A stretch of 64,000 nucleotides of DNA from Octopus vulgaris (Eukaryota), in the NCBI GenBank assembly GCA_951406725.2, contig OX597817.1:125240001-125304000 (forward strand). Direction: 5' to 3'. The number at the start of each line of letters is the position of its first letter. Position 1 is the stretch's first letter. Under the pieces are notes generated by a model that saw only the letters and a program-made list of their open reading frames with translations, was not told where the DNA came from and made no database searches. The translations under genes were made by a program, and so were the position numbers. Of this stretch, positions 13,382 to 26,466 are shown one piece after another.

Positions 13382-13771
13382 GTGGAGGCGCAATGGCCCA
13401 GTGGTTAGGGCAGCAGACTTGCGGTCATAGGATCGCGGTTTCGATTCCCAGACTGGGCGTTGTGAGTGTTTATTGAGCGAAAACACCTAAAAAGCTCCAC
13501 GAGGCTCCGGCAGGGGATGGTGGTGATCCCTGCTGTACTCTTTCACCACAACTTTCTCTCACTCTTACTTCCTGTTTCTGTTGTACCTGTATTTCAAAGG
13601 GCCGGCCTTGTCACTCTCTGTGTCACGCTGAATATCCCCGAGAACTACGTTAAGGGTACACATGTCTGTGGAGTGCTCAGCCACTTACACGTTAATTTCA
13701 CGAGCAGGCTGTTCCGTTGATTCGGATCAACCGGAGCCCTTGTCGTCGTAACCGACGAAGTGCTTCCATCC
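13382..13771 (+). mobile_element. SINE family C, full length, inserted in (TTA)n
   Basis: GTGGAGGCGCAATGGCCCAGTGGTTAGGGCAG...GGTTTCGATTCCC tRNA head. Flanked by ATTATTATTATTC on both sides (probable TSD). Confidence 0.85.
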
Positions 13772-14399
13772 ATTATTATTATTATTATTCAGGTCACTGA
13801 ATGGAATCGAACTTGGAATCAATAGCCCAAGCTCTTAACCACTTTGCCATATGCCCATGGGCAATTATTGAGTTAATTTTAGGGCTTATATTCTCATATC
13901 CTTCCTTAATACCGGTTCCTATATGCTATTCATATCAGCACTCAGTCTGCTTAGGAGGTTGTTGCGTCAGAGCATATGTACTGCTTCTTTTAGTTTTTGT
14001 ATTTTCCAGTGGTGTTCTCTGTCTATTATTTTAACTTCAACCCATAGGGGGAGGTGGTCTTCATTTTGCCATAGATGATCAGCTCTCCATGTCACAGCTT
14101 TGCGATGTTCCTCTACCCATAAAGGGAATCTTTATTTGTTGTATTAACCTTGTGAAATAGTTTATTGGTTTAAGACCAGATTACCTAAAAGAGCCTGAAC
14201 AATCCTTAGTGGTATTGATGCCATTCCAAAACCGAAAGCATGGTCTAATTTTAAAAGGACTTGAATGTCAATATGGCAATGATTGCAGTGCAGGAGCACA
14301 AAACCTAGGGCCATGCTGCATAGTTTCTTATGCAGGAATGGAATAATAATGAATTCAGTATTGTCAGTTAAGTACAAATAATAAGCTCACACCAAAGTT

Positions 14400-14555
14400 G
14401 TGGAGGTGCATAGTTTAGTGGTTAGGATGTTTGACTCATGATCATAAGGTTGTGCTTCTGTTTCATAGACTGAATGATGCATTGGGTTCTTGAGCAAAAC
14501 ACTTCATTTCACATTGCTCCAGTCCATTCAGCTGGTAAAAATGATGAACTGGTGT
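14400..14555 (+). mobile_element. CORE-like SINE, partial
   Basis: GTGGAGGTGCATAGTTTAGTGGTTAGG...CTTGAGCAAAACACTTCATTTCACATTGCTCCAGTCCATTCAGCTG. Confidence 0.65.
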
Positions 14556-15744
14556 AAGTATTATAATCATATTAAGATAGTCTATTCCACACAAACTTCT
14601 AAGATATTCAACAGAAAATTTAAACATTTATTACAAAAGTTGTTTCTGGACATTCAACAGTTTTCTATTGAAAGTGGCAAATATTTAGGTAAATGAAGCT
14701 TTTGAAATGATTTGTGCTTCTCTGTGATGCTTGGTATAAGATCCTGTCTAGATTGTTTAATTAACTGTGCAAATATAACCATCATCTCTTGAGGCAACTA
14801 ATGTGGAGTTGCAAGTTAATTTTGATAATTAACTGAAAATATGTATTGAAAATATGCACTAATGCTTCAAGCTTGCACTGACAGATCTTTCAAATTATAC
14901 GATGCATGATATCAAATGGATCTTCTGATTAATATGAAAAATTCCAGAAAATTCTGAAATTCTAATGATATATATGTGAATGCAAGCATTAAAAATATGA
15001 CTAAGAATGCATTTTCTAAGGTGTTTACAGATAAAGGAAATGAAGAAAACACTCTTAGTAGTAAGAAAGAATTTTTATTTTTTATTTTTGCTCCTAGTCA
15101 GCTTATTTTTCTATTATTTTCTTAATTTTTGTCATTTATTTATTTTTATTTTCTGTTTTTAACTTATGTTGTTCAGAGAAACATTACTCATAAATAATGT
15201 TTCCATAAACTGATTTTTCTTGTATGAAATAAATCATACATAAAGTTAGGAAATATTGTTTGCTGGAGCTTTCACTTGTTTTCAATGTGTTCGTTTGTAG
15301 AACAAGAAAAGAAAATAAACTTTAAAAAAAAACCCAACAAAAACACAACTGAAAATACTTTCAAGGCACAATCAGTGGCTGGATCTGTTTTGGGAATGCT
15401 TTTTTTTTTCTATTATTTACAAAGCTTTACTTATTTGAGTTAATGGTGGTCTTATACTGTTTCTTTTTTCTTTATTCCTAAGACATTGCCATAATACAAT
15501 AGTTTGCTTTTTTTTTTATTATTTTTCAATCATTTATATTCATGTTTTGTGTGAATTTATATCATAATATTCAATACTGAATATAGACATAACAATAGAA
15601 AACAATAACTTTTAGCACATTTAATATATGTGTTACATGTTTCCTTCCCCAAACATTAAGTTTTTCAGATATTATGATGTAGGGTGGGTGCTTTTACATG
15701 CACCAAAATTTTGAGTTTTAATCTTTACATGTCTAATACATAAA

Positions 15745-15748
15745 TGCA

Positions 15749-15790
<42 letters not shown>

Positions 15791-15819
15791 TATATATGTA
15801 TATATATATACACACACAC

Positions 15820-15905
<86 letters not shown>

Positions 15906-15945
15906 ATATAATATATATACATATGTATATATATGTATACATAAA
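15745..15945. repeat. (TA)n-rich microsatellite followed by a SINE A tail fragment
   Basis: Direct inspection; tail fragment at 15945-16010. Confidence 0.9.
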
Positions 15946-16298
15946 TTTGCTCGACTAAAGGCGGTGATCCAGCATGGCCACAGTCAAATGACTGAAACAA
16001 GTAAAAGAATAAACAAATATATTATATATATGCACAACCATGACATTGTGGTTCAGAAGTTCATTTCACAACATATTATTCAGTGTTCAATTCCACTACA
16101 CAACATCTTGAAAATATTTCTACAATAATAGCCTTGCCTCATGTTTACCAACGCCCTCTGAGGGGAATTTGATAAAGAAATTGGAAAGAAGCTCAACATA
16201 TGTGTATGTGTATATGTGTGTGTGTGTGTGTGTGCGTGTGTATCTGTGTGTATATGTGTATGCATGTTTATGCTTTCTAAAACCTGTTGATGTGAATA

Positions 16299-16521
16299 GG
16301 TGCAGGAGTGGCTCTGTGGTAAACAGCTTGCTTACCAACCACATGGTTCCGGGTTCAGTCCCACTGTGGGGCATCTTGGGCAAGTGTCTTCTACTAAATA
16401 AAGACTCAGGCCAACCAAAGCCTTGTGAGTGGATTTGGTTGATGGAAGCTGAAAGAAGCCCATATATATATACACACACACACATATATATATATATTTA
16501 TATACACACACATACACGCAC

Positions 16522-16553
<32 letters not shown>

Positions 16554-16757
16554 ATGTTTGTATGTCTGTGTTTGTCCCCCCAACATCGCTTAACTTAGCA
16601 GTTTGGCAAAAAGAGACTGATAGAATAAGTACTACATAAACATGTAAACGTAAGTACTAGGCTTACAAAAAATAAGTCCTGGGGTCAATTCGCTTGACTA
16701 AAGGTGGTACTCCAGCATAGCTGCAGTCAAATAACTGAAACAAATAAAAGAATAAAA
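16299..16757 (+). mobile_element. SINE family A
   Basis: Family head and tail with an expanded internal microsatellite. Confidence 0.9.
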
Positions 16758-17934
16758 AAATCTGTGTCTCCTAATGAGCTGTAATATGGCAGTTTGAGAA
16801 ATATCAATCAAAAAAGTAAGTATGAGATTATAACTTTGGAGGTAATATGATGAACTAAGCCACTGAGAGAGGTACCACAGGGTGGTTTCAATCCAATGAT
16901 TGATACCAGCAAAAGAGTATGTGATATTCCATAGTTGTAATATCTTGCCTTACTTAGTTTAGTTTTATCAGTTACCAACTAATGTACATATAAGCCCGAT
17001 CTCTCTTTTTCCCTTTTCCTTGAATATATAATTCATAATTTTATCTTTTACAACTGCATTGATTTGATCATAAAAAAAAAATCTTTCAGACTGATTTATT
17101 TCCCATCTGCAGACTTGAAACATAAAGAAATAACATTCAAAATATATAATTATCCCTAGCGAACTCTCAGTATTAACTAGTCACATCAACTGAACAGTTG
17201 TCCACATATCCAATCTATTCATGCATTGTAGAGTTAAAAATATTGCTGTTTTATGTTATTCCTGTTGTGTAAGATGTAGTTTTGATATAAATCACTAACT
17301 AGGTTGGTAAATACATATTTTTGTTAATAAATGAAATACATTTGCAGTCAGACCTTAGTTATGGGAACATAAATTATCTGAAATACATGATTATCTAAAC
17401 AAAATCTTGATTTCTTGTGACTATTTGACAAACGTACTATGTGTAGCTTCAATATGATTACAAATTACTTATTCTAAATTCATCTAAATTAAAAAATTTC
17501 ATTCAAATTTCATGTTAATTTAAGTTTCAAAAACCAGCTCGATGAAAGTGTTATGTAGCTAAATTCTTCATTATTCTTAAAATCAAGTTCAAACAAAGGC
17601 AGTGTATTTCAACAAAAATATGGTAACAAAAGCCTAAAAAGGAATTTGAATTCATGAACAGCAGTGTAAAAATGTTACATAAAAGAGGTATCACCAATAC
17701 TGGAAATACTTCCTTTATGTGACTATTATGTGACTATCATCTCTTGAGTTCACCATTACCATAAAAAATGTGTTGTCAAGTTTACCAGGATAACTACAGA
17801 TGAGTCCACATTTTACTGTGTTACGATAAGTATAACTTATAAAAATAAGTGACACATTTAAATACATAAAAGTATGGATAAATCTTTATTAATGCATAAC
17901 AAAATTATAAAATGATAAAGATTTATCCTTACTT

Positions 17935-19106
17935 GTAAGTAACATAGAAAGGATATATACACAATGTATAGAAGGTGGTAGAGGCCTTATACAGCTGGAA
18001 AACTATTATAAAATAACCACCATAGGACTACAAAAATACCTACTTCAGAAGCAAGGAAAACTAATACAAATAGCCACAAAACACGAGCAAAGCAAAAAAA
18101 AAAAATGTTTTCAGTATTTAAGGAAGCTGACAAATACAAACAAGAAGTCATACTACCTAACGAATATGAAGAAGAAACAACAAAAGCTCTAAAGCAAATG
18201 AAATCCAAACTAAAACTAGAACAGCAATGGACCTTGATAAAACGATGGCAAGAAAAGCCCCTTCATGGCAAATGCTGGGCTAAACTAAACACAAGAAAAA
18301 TAGACAGAGAAAAATCCTAATAATGGTTGAGAAGCTCAGGACTCAAAGCAGAGACTGAAGGATTTTTAATTGCAGCACAAGACCAAAGCCACCCCACCAG
18401 AAATTACCAAAAACATAATGAAACGAATATGTGGATATGGACAAGAAACAATAAATCATATTATCTCTGGCTGCCCAGTCCTGGCTAAGAAGGAATATAT
18501 TTACAGACATGACAGAGTTGGACCTACATACACTGGAAACTATGCCAACACTATGGAATAACAACAGAAAATAGATGGTATAAGCACAAGCCAGAAAAGG
18601 ACACAGACAATGAGAAAGCAACCATAATATGGGATATGCCAATATACACTGCTAGAGAAATTAAGGCCAATAGGCCAGATATAGTTGTCAGAGATCATGA
18701 AGTAAAAAATTATTTCTAATTAATGTATCAATACCACCAGATGAAAATGTTTCTCTAAAAGAAATGGAGAAACTTTCAAAATACAAAGACCTGGAAATAG
18801 AGGTAACTCGAATGGGGAATCTAAAAACAGAAGCATTTCCTATCATAGTAGGCACATTAGGTATGATAAAAAAATATTCAGACAAATACATAACAAAAAC
18901 ACCAGGACTTACAAACACATATAATATACAGAAAATTGCACTACTGGGCACTGCACACATCCTACACAAAACACTTTCAATACAGTAACCATAAGAGCAT
19001 CACAGCAAACCACTGCACCTACTCAAGGCACACAGAGCTGCACTCAGTAGTGAAGTGAAAGCATGTTATAAAAATAAAACTACTGAATAATAATAATAAT
19101 AATAAT
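17935..19106 (+). mobile_element. Dong/R4-clade non-LTR retrotransposon, 5'-truncated and frameshifted, with (TAA)n tail
   Basis: EGGRGL; LKAETEGFLIAAQDQS; CCHC-type ICGYGQETINHIISGCPVLA; RHD; restriction-like endonuclease IKANRPDIVV; EKLSKYKDLEIEV; QKIALLGTAHIL. The 3' UTR ends in (AAT)n. Confidence 0.9.
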
Positions 19107-19549
19107 GTGTTACCAGTGCCGGTGGCATGTCGAAACTCTACTTGTGAAGACCCGTTGAGGCAAGTGAGGATCAGAATGGAAATCGATCAATGGAAATTGC
19201 AGATGTGTTACCAGTGCCGGTGGCATGTAAGAGAACCTTCCGTTTCGCGACCGTTGCCAGCACCGCCCCGTTTTGTGTATGTTGCCAGCCTCGCCTGGCC
19301 CTTGTGCCGGTGGCACATAAAAAGCACCATCCGTTCGTGGCCGTTTGCCAGCTCTGTCTGGCACCTGTGCGGGTGGCACGTAAAAAGCACCCACTACACT
19401 CACGGAGTGGTTGGCGTTAGGAAGGGCATCCAGCCGTAGAAACACTGCCAGATTTGACTGGGCCTGATGAAGCCTTCTGGCTTCACAGACCCCAGTAGAA
19501 CCGTCCAACCCATGCTAGCATGGAAAACGGACGCTAAACGACGATGATG
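19107..19549 (+). mobile_element. RTE-associated 3' element with internal GC-rich tandem units and (GAT)n tail
   Basis: Repeated GGTGGCAYRTAAAAAGCACC units, GGTTGGCGTTAGGAAGGGCATCCAGCC, and an end CGCTAAACGACGATGATG. Reverse complement of the 63523-64000 family. Confidence 0.8.
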
Positions 19550-19579
19550 AATAATAATAATAATAATAATAATAATTGC

Positions 19580-19720
19580 AAAATTAATGCCAACTAACCA
19601 GACATTATGATTCTGGATGATGAGAACAAAAGCATGTGTCATGATAGAGGTGGCTATATCTGAAGACATGAATGTAGAAGGACAAAGAATGAGTGCCAGG
19701 TTTAAGAAAGGTAATAAGTA
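19580..19720 (+). mobile_element. second, older Dong/R4-like endonuclease fragment
   Basis: [13 protein letters not shown] then, after a frameshift, [17 protein letters not shown]. Directly follows a (TAA)n run. Confidence 0.45.
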
Positions 19721-19814
19721 CTGAGGTTGATACATTCAAGTAAAAAGTTCTTCTAGGCAGTGCCCTAACATGTCCAAAGTCAAATGACTGAAAGAAACAA
19801 AAGATTAAAGTCAA

Positions 19815-19831
19815 GACACATAAATGCATAC

Positions 19832-19876
<45 letters not shown>

Positions 19877-19926
19877 CATATATATGTATATGTGTATATA
19901 TGCGTGTGCATATATATGTATATGTG

Positions 19927-19960
<34 letters not shown>

Positions 19961-20005
19961 GCATATATATATATATGCATATATATATATATATATGCAT
20001 ATATA

Positions 20006-20045
<40 letters not shown>
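19815..20045. repeat. (TA)n/(TATG)n microsatellite
   Basis: Direct inspection. Confidence 0.95.
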
Positions 20046-20046
<1 letters not shown>

Positions 20047-20732
20047 ATAATCAGAAATGATAGTGCCACTGTTTTTTGTGTTTATACACACACACACATA
20101 CATAGATATATGAGTGTATTTAGAGAAAAGAGACAGGGAGAGAGAGACAAACAAAATGAAGAACCAAATTATGGCAACAATAATAAAAACAAGTAACAGG
20201 CTCTTAATTCACCACAAGGCCTTGAATGCTAATGTAAAATCCAACAAGCTTCAAGCAGTGTTTATGAAGACATGTTAGCTGCAAGAAAAAAAATAGTTGT
20301 TACACAAAAACAAGAGTAGATGTTAAATAAAGGAAAAGATGAAATTTATGATATGATATATCATGAGTTAAATTACAAAATGTATAATAGCAATCACATG
20401 GAATGAATAAAAATTGTATTATAGAGCAGAATAATTAGAGCATGAAAATCATATAGGAATCTCACCTACATGCTCTGTGTCAGGCTAGAATGCTTTAGAG
20501 CACCCACAGTTATTCGCTACCTGTCATTTCTCATTCTGAGTTTCGTGCGCGTCAAGCTGCTCATTAAAATTTTTTCTACGTGGATTAGTCTGGGGAGGAA
20601 CCTACATTCACAGGAAACTCTTAATGCATTATCATAAATATCAGTAGTTTCTATGGAGATTTTGTCTATAAAGTATCCCTTATATCCCAAGTTTGTTTAT
20701 TTATATATCTAGGAAAACCCTCCATGCCATTA

Positions 20733-21100
20733 TTAACTCTGCCTTAGCGAAGGTGGAGGTATTGTTTTCAGTCATGTTTGTTTGTTTGTCCATGGTCAAG
20801 ATATATCAAGAACTGGTGGATGGATTCGGATAAAACTTTCAGGGATGTTTGGCCTCGTAACTGACACAGACTGATTAGATTTTGGGATCAATCTGGTACC
20901 AGAAAAAGATTCTGGATTATTTTTCAGGTTTGTTTTACTTAATTTTTGAGAGTGGTTGAGTTCATGTTTAGTATTCTTGTTTGTGAGAGCAGTTGAGTTT
21001 ATTTCAGATATTCTCATTTTAAAAATCATCTCTGGTTAATCTTCGAGAGGACGTTGGTGTTGCCTTGGTAGAGGTTTGTGCACTCTGAGTACCCTTGTTT
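20733..21100 (+). mobile_element. HINE/DINE-1-like non-autonomous Helentron element
   Basis: 5' ACTCTGCC..AAGGTGGAGGT hairpin/subTIR, a (GTTT)n stretch, a 3' subTIR CCTTGGTAGAGG, a terminal hairpin GCACTCTGAGTAC, then a T-rich end. Confidence 0.65.
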
Positions 21101-22540
21101 TGTTATTGTTTTAAAGAGGTACTGCTTCTTTCTCCTTTTTGGACAAATGAGCATTTCACACCATGTGCACCATAATCATTATCATTCTGATGTGGGGGGG
21201 GGTCCTCTTTTCTGTCCACTATGCTTTTGCTGGGGGCTCAGCTTTTTTTTTCTTTTGGTGATCTTTCTCTTTTTGCATTTCTGACAGTTTGAAAAGCCAT
21301 TTTTGTTGCAATCATTTATTTCCCATCCTAAGTCAAGATGGAGGCACTTGTTGCTACAGTCAGGTGACAGGGTATCTGCTCAATTCTTTCCCAGCCTGGG
21401 CATGAGGTGATTTCCTCTATCATTTTGTAAGCTGTCATATGGGATGCTCTGAAAAATGGAACCAGATGGTCTTTCTATTTTTGCAACATTTCTCTTTTTC
21501 ATTGCTCTCTTCTTTGCATTACTCTTCTCTCAAGCCCTTCAGAAGAAGAGTTCTTCAACTGGTTTTTTTATTACCAGTATATAACACACGGCGCTTTACT
21601 TTGCATCTAGAGTTTTATGATTTTTATCTCCACTCCTATAATTGGGGATAAATCTGGTATAGCTGTAGGTTCCAGTGTTCGTTAAGACTTACAAATCCAT
21701 CCTGATACCGCCCATCCACATGTTACCTTTCATCATATCTACACTGATCCCCCACTCATACAGTTACACATTAATATCATCACCTTAAACAATCACCTTG
21801 TATTTCCTTCTCCAAGATATTTGTTTATGTTAATGTTATTTGTATGTATGGGTGGCCGTCTCACTAAAACAATCTTTTTCACTGGATTTTCAGTTCTAAG
21901 ACCTCAACATGCAATTCTATAAGACTTACCTCTGGAAATATGAAGAATTTCACCCAAAAGGTTATGTAAGCTTCTCACAGTTGCTGCTTCAGTTATAAAT
22001 GATATCACAAATGGACAGATAAATTCATTTAAGCTTAATATGTACGGGTATGCATTCTTTAGGAAAGTGACTGTCTTATATAACACTGTGTTCCCAAATA
22101 GCTCTTTTTAATGAGGCCTGTCATATGGGCAAAAATAGGACCCATCTGTTAAGGATTTTAATGTTTAAACTTGATGCATAAATCTGAGTGTGCAAAATGG
22201 CAGTGCTTACAAAAGAAATGTCAGCATTGCTTATTAATGAACTCTGTGGAATTATCATTAATATCCTTTTCTCTCTTTTTGGTTTTGCAACATATGTGTC
22301 TGGAAATAATGGTTTTCTTTTCTTCTTTGTGTATATTTTACAAGAGATAGAATTATCAAATTAACAATACTATCTCTTGTATTTTACTTTTACTTGGTTG
22401 AAATTTTTGCTGCCAGTTTTGTATATAGACAATATGGAAGATACCAAATTATACAAAATCATTGTTCAAATTATTATTTTTTTTATTTTGGCCAACTTTC
22501 TATTGGTAGAGTTCAAGCTTTCTGATGTCATTAGTATTCT

Positions 22541-22934
22541 TTTATTCTTTCACTTGTTTTAGTCACTTGACTATGGCCATGCTGGAGCACCACCTTTAGT
22601 CAAGTAATCAACCCTAGGACTTAGTCTTTGTAAGCCTCGTTCTTATTCTATTGGTCTCTTTTGCTAAACCACTCAGTTATGAGGATGTAAACACCCCAGC
22701 ATTGGTTGTCAAACAATGTTGGGGAAACTAACACAGGCACGCAAGCATACCTATGCATATATATATATATGTATATATATATAAGACAGGCTTCTTTCAG
22801 TTTCCGTCTACCAAACCCTCTCACAAGGCTTTGGTTAGCCCAAGGCTATAGAAGACACTTGCCCAAAGTGCCATGCAGTGGGACTGAACCTGGAACCATG
22901 TGGTTAGTGAGCAAGCTACTTATCACACAGCCAT
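22541..22934 (-). mobile_element. SINE family A
   Basis: Reverse complement of the family head and tail. Confidence 0.9.
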
Positions 22935-23067
22935 GTGTCTATTTTGTAAAAAGAAGTGTAAAATATACAGTAATTATCCTTTCTTTAAAAAAACTGTTTT
23001 AAAAACCTTTCCTTAGATTATCAAATGACAATAATAATAATAGTAATAATAACAATGATAGCAATAG

Positions 23068-23620
23068 TAACCTGATGTAATACCAGGCATTGACTCACAT
23101 AGCTTCTGACCTTAACTTAATGGAAGTGTTATCATGTACATGTTTAGTCTGTATAAAAGACGGGCTACAGCAAATATTCTGCTCAGTACTAGAGATTTGC
23201 TTGTCAGTTGCTTGAACTAACCAGTTGAGCATGTCTATTCATGGCTGATGATATGTGCATCTCTAATCACGGGCAGAAGCAGTGGGTGAATATCATAGCT
23301 ATGTGTTGAGAGGAATTCTTTAGGGTTTGAATAATTCACCTTCTGAAATAAGGGTGTTTTGTACAACATCCTTAAACAATCCTTATTCAAGGAATTTTCA
23401 GTGGGATGGGCTACTCAACATGAAGAAAATTCGATCTGCACCCCACCTAAAAGTTCATGCAGTGTTTATTTTGATATGAGATCACCATATCATGCACATA
23501 TATGGTCGTGATGCATGAGCCTGGTGTACCCTTATCAGATGGGTCGTCATGATGGGTATATTGAACTTCGTATATTTGTACCCCAGTGTCACTTTGAAGA
23601 TGTGAGCTACTCTCTCACTC
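23068..23620. mobile_element. unclassified ~550-bp element embedded in (TAA)n
   Basis: GC-richer non-coding block bounded on both sides by TAA arrays. Confidence 0.4.
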
Positions 23621-24099
23621 AATAATAATAAAAATAATAATAATAATAATTTTTCACTAATCACAAAGGTTTGAAGTGATTTTGAAAATATGAAACTTCA
23701 TTCAGAGGTTATGAAAATGAAAGGAGTGTTTACAAAGACAAAAAAGAAAGTCAAATGATGCTATGCAATATATGAGTGGTGATGAAGAGTTTGCAATTAT
23801 ATATACTTGCTTGAAAATTAACAAAATTTTGAAAAGACACAAATTAAACAAGCTATAATTATTGGACAAAATAACATAATAAATTGCTTGCTACATTGCA
23901 TGTGAGTAGTTCATAATCGACTTGTAATTCCTCAAAAGTTTTAAAAATTTGGTGTCATGACAAAGAATTTTCAAGTTTCTTATAATGTCTCAAATTTAGT
24001 TTTACTAATAATCTATCTTTTTCACGTTGTTTACATTTCCAAGGACTGTGTAATTCAAAATTATTTGGACTGTTCTTTAGGCACTTTTCTTTCATTCTT

Positions 24100-24290
24100 T
24101 TGGCTGCAATTGGAGCTCTGCTTTGAAAGGTCTTAATCCAACAAATTGACCTCAGGACTTATTCTTTGCAAGCCTAGTACTTATTCTATCAGTCTCTTTC
24201 ACTAAACTGCTAAGTCACAGGTGTGTAAACACACCAACATCAGATGGTGGGGAGGAGAAACAGATACACACATATATACATACACACACA
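24100..24290 (-). mobile_element. SINE family A, 3' half
   Basis: CCTCAGGACTTATTCTTTGCAAGCCTAGTACTTATTCTATC. Confidence 0.75.
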
Positions 24291-24291
24291 C

Positions 24292-24329
<38 letters not shown>

Positions 24330-24336
24330 CAAATAC

Positions 24337-24596
24337 AGGCCAGTTTCCTTGGCGTATAGGTTCCCCACCTGGATGGGACACTGGTCCATCGCAGGTGAGC
24401 TGCAAGATGCAGGAGGAAAGAGTGAGAGAAAGTTGTGGCAAAAGAGTTAGCTGAAGTTTGCCATTACCTTCTGCCGGAGCAGTGTGGAGCTTAGGTGTTT
24501 TGCTCATAAACACACACATCGCCTAGTCTGAGATTTCAACCTGTGATCCCTCGACTGCAAGTCTGCTGCTCTAACCACTAGGCCATGTGCCTCCAC
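24337..24596 (-). mobile_element. SINE with family C head and V-domain-like 3' part
   Basis: Minus strand GTGGAGGCACATGGCCTAGTGGTTAGAGCAG...CCTGCGATGGACCAGTGTCCCATCCAGG. Confidence 0.75.
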
Positions 24597-25065
24597 TATA
24601 TCTAAAGTGAAGCAGTCTAACAGTGTTATTGAAGTCAGAACTGTAAATCCTACATATACTTTATTTAATGTATATGGGTATCCTGCCTTCAAGAGTTAAC
24701 TGTATCTTTCTATGAGATCAATATGTAAGCAATATGATCATTATTGACTGTGATGTACACTATTATTAATGTATAAAAACATGAATTTAATACATAAATA
24801 TCATTTAATGAATAATTAATATGAAAATAATAACAGTAATGAAAAAACTCTAACAAACAGCAAACTGACATTAGAAATTAAAGAAAACTCAAAAAAATGT
24901 TCTATATATGATAGTCAAGTTTTTTTTATTTTTAGATATGTGTAGGTTTTTTTAATATTTTATTAATGGAATTTTTTATGAAATTTTTTCTGATTATATG
25001 AAAAATTTGACAACACCAGAAGCAAGGAAATTTCAAAAGTTTCAAATGATAAATACTATAACTTA

Positions 25066-25067
25066 AA

Positions 25068-25102
<35 letters not shown>

Positions 25103-25332
25103 ATAATAATAATAATAATAATGATAATAATAATAATAATAACAACAACAAAAATAATAATCACAATAACAACAACAATAATAATAATGATAATGATTTC
25201 TTTATTAATAATAATTTCTTTTACTAGCCAATAATCATAATAATGATGATGATGGCGATGATGATGATAATGAAATGACAGCAAAAATAATAATGACAAC
25301 GATGATGACGATGAAGATGATGATGATGATAA
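25066..25332. repeat. compound trinucleotide array (TAC)n(TAA)n(CAA)n(TGA)n
   Basis: Direct inspection. Confidence 0.95.
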
Positions 25333-26279
25333 CTTTTATATATATGCTAAGGAAAGCTTTATCAAAATAAATGGTAAATACTTACACTGCATGTGGTTCA
25401 TTTGATATTTTCCTATGACATGTTTTTCCCTTGAGAAAATAAACAAACAGATTGCTAATTCTGTTTAAATTCACATGAGTTTTTTTTTCTTTGCATTTGT
25501 AGATTTTCATTTCTTTTATGATTCCTTCGATTATAAAAACTCTACAGAATACAAATTATTGTGTAAGATCTAACATCGAAATTGCCTGAAAGCTTCACAT
25601 CAGAGGTGTTTCAATGAAAAGAATTATTGTAAGATATATTCTGATTTAGCTTTTTAAAAGCTTATATCTGCTTCTCATTGAATTTCCAACTGACAAACAT
25701 TCACTTTGCTGTGTATTATCATTAATATCACATGTACACCAAATCGTTCATAACACTGACACCGTGTTTTACTGATTTTTGACAAAGCATATATCTTAGT
25801 TTTGTGAGGGAGAGTTTTATAGGGCCAACTGGACTGATACTTTATGCAATGCTACAATATGGTCCTAGGCTATCAAAACTGAAGAAAAAACACCCCAAAA
25901 TATGAAGAATCAGTTGATTCACAAATGATGAACAGCCAAGTGTGAAACATAATGGAAATCAACCTTGGGACATAAAGGAATGAGGCTAAATACTGTTCTC
26001 TGATACTGTTCTCTGATAGATATATATGCCTACAAAAGTCATAATATAACAATTCCATTTGTACCTTCTGGATAGTTTTAGGTGTTGTGTATATATATAC
26101 ATCTCTTCTGTCTGACGGTCTGTCTGTCTATCTGCCTCTCTCTCTCTCTCTCTTTCTCAAAATTTGCTTTCTTGTCTGTAAAATACCAACTTAATAAACA
26201 CTTCCAGAGATTGCTTATAAAATGTTCTTGCATTCAAACAGCTATCATTTGCCATTAAAATTGATGGTAATTGTTTTCA

Positions 26280-26352
26280 GAGGCTGTTTAGTTCAATGGG
26301 AGAGAATTCAGCTGGTATCTGATGGATAAAAGGTTCGATTCCCATAGCCTCC
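26280..26352 (+). pseudogene. tRNA-like sequence (pseudogene or isolated SINE head)
   Basis: 73 nt. Acceptor GAGGCTG/TAGCCTC, D arm GTTC/GAAT, anticodon arm TCAG/CTGA with loop CTGGTAT, B box GGTTCGATTCC. The T stem is defective. Confidence 0.5.
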
Positions 26353-26420
26353 TACTGGCAACTTTTTTCTCTCTTTCTGTTGTTTTCCCAGATGTACATT
26401 ATTCGAAATTAACTTGTTGG

Positions 26421-26454
<34 letters not shown>

Positions 26455-26466
26455 TTCTCTCTCTCT

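Larger units (their letters stand above)
13221..14137 (-). mobile_element. Penelope-like element 3' end (GIY-YIG C-terminus plus terminal repeat), interrupted by a SINE
   Basis: Minus frame VEEHRKAV...DHLWQNEDHLPLWVEVKIIDREHHWKIQKLKEAVHML is typical of the PLE endonuclease end. HHR-like core at 13285-13324. A 17-bp direct repeat AAAGGGAATCTTTATTT marks both ends. Confidence 0.75.

Noticed and set aside
21100-21700. Strand-biased block that looks like decayed coding sequence
   Set aside because: No continuous frame or recognisable motif.
25063-25299. ORF with poly-His/Ile/Ser runs
   Set aside because: Trinucleotide microsatellite.
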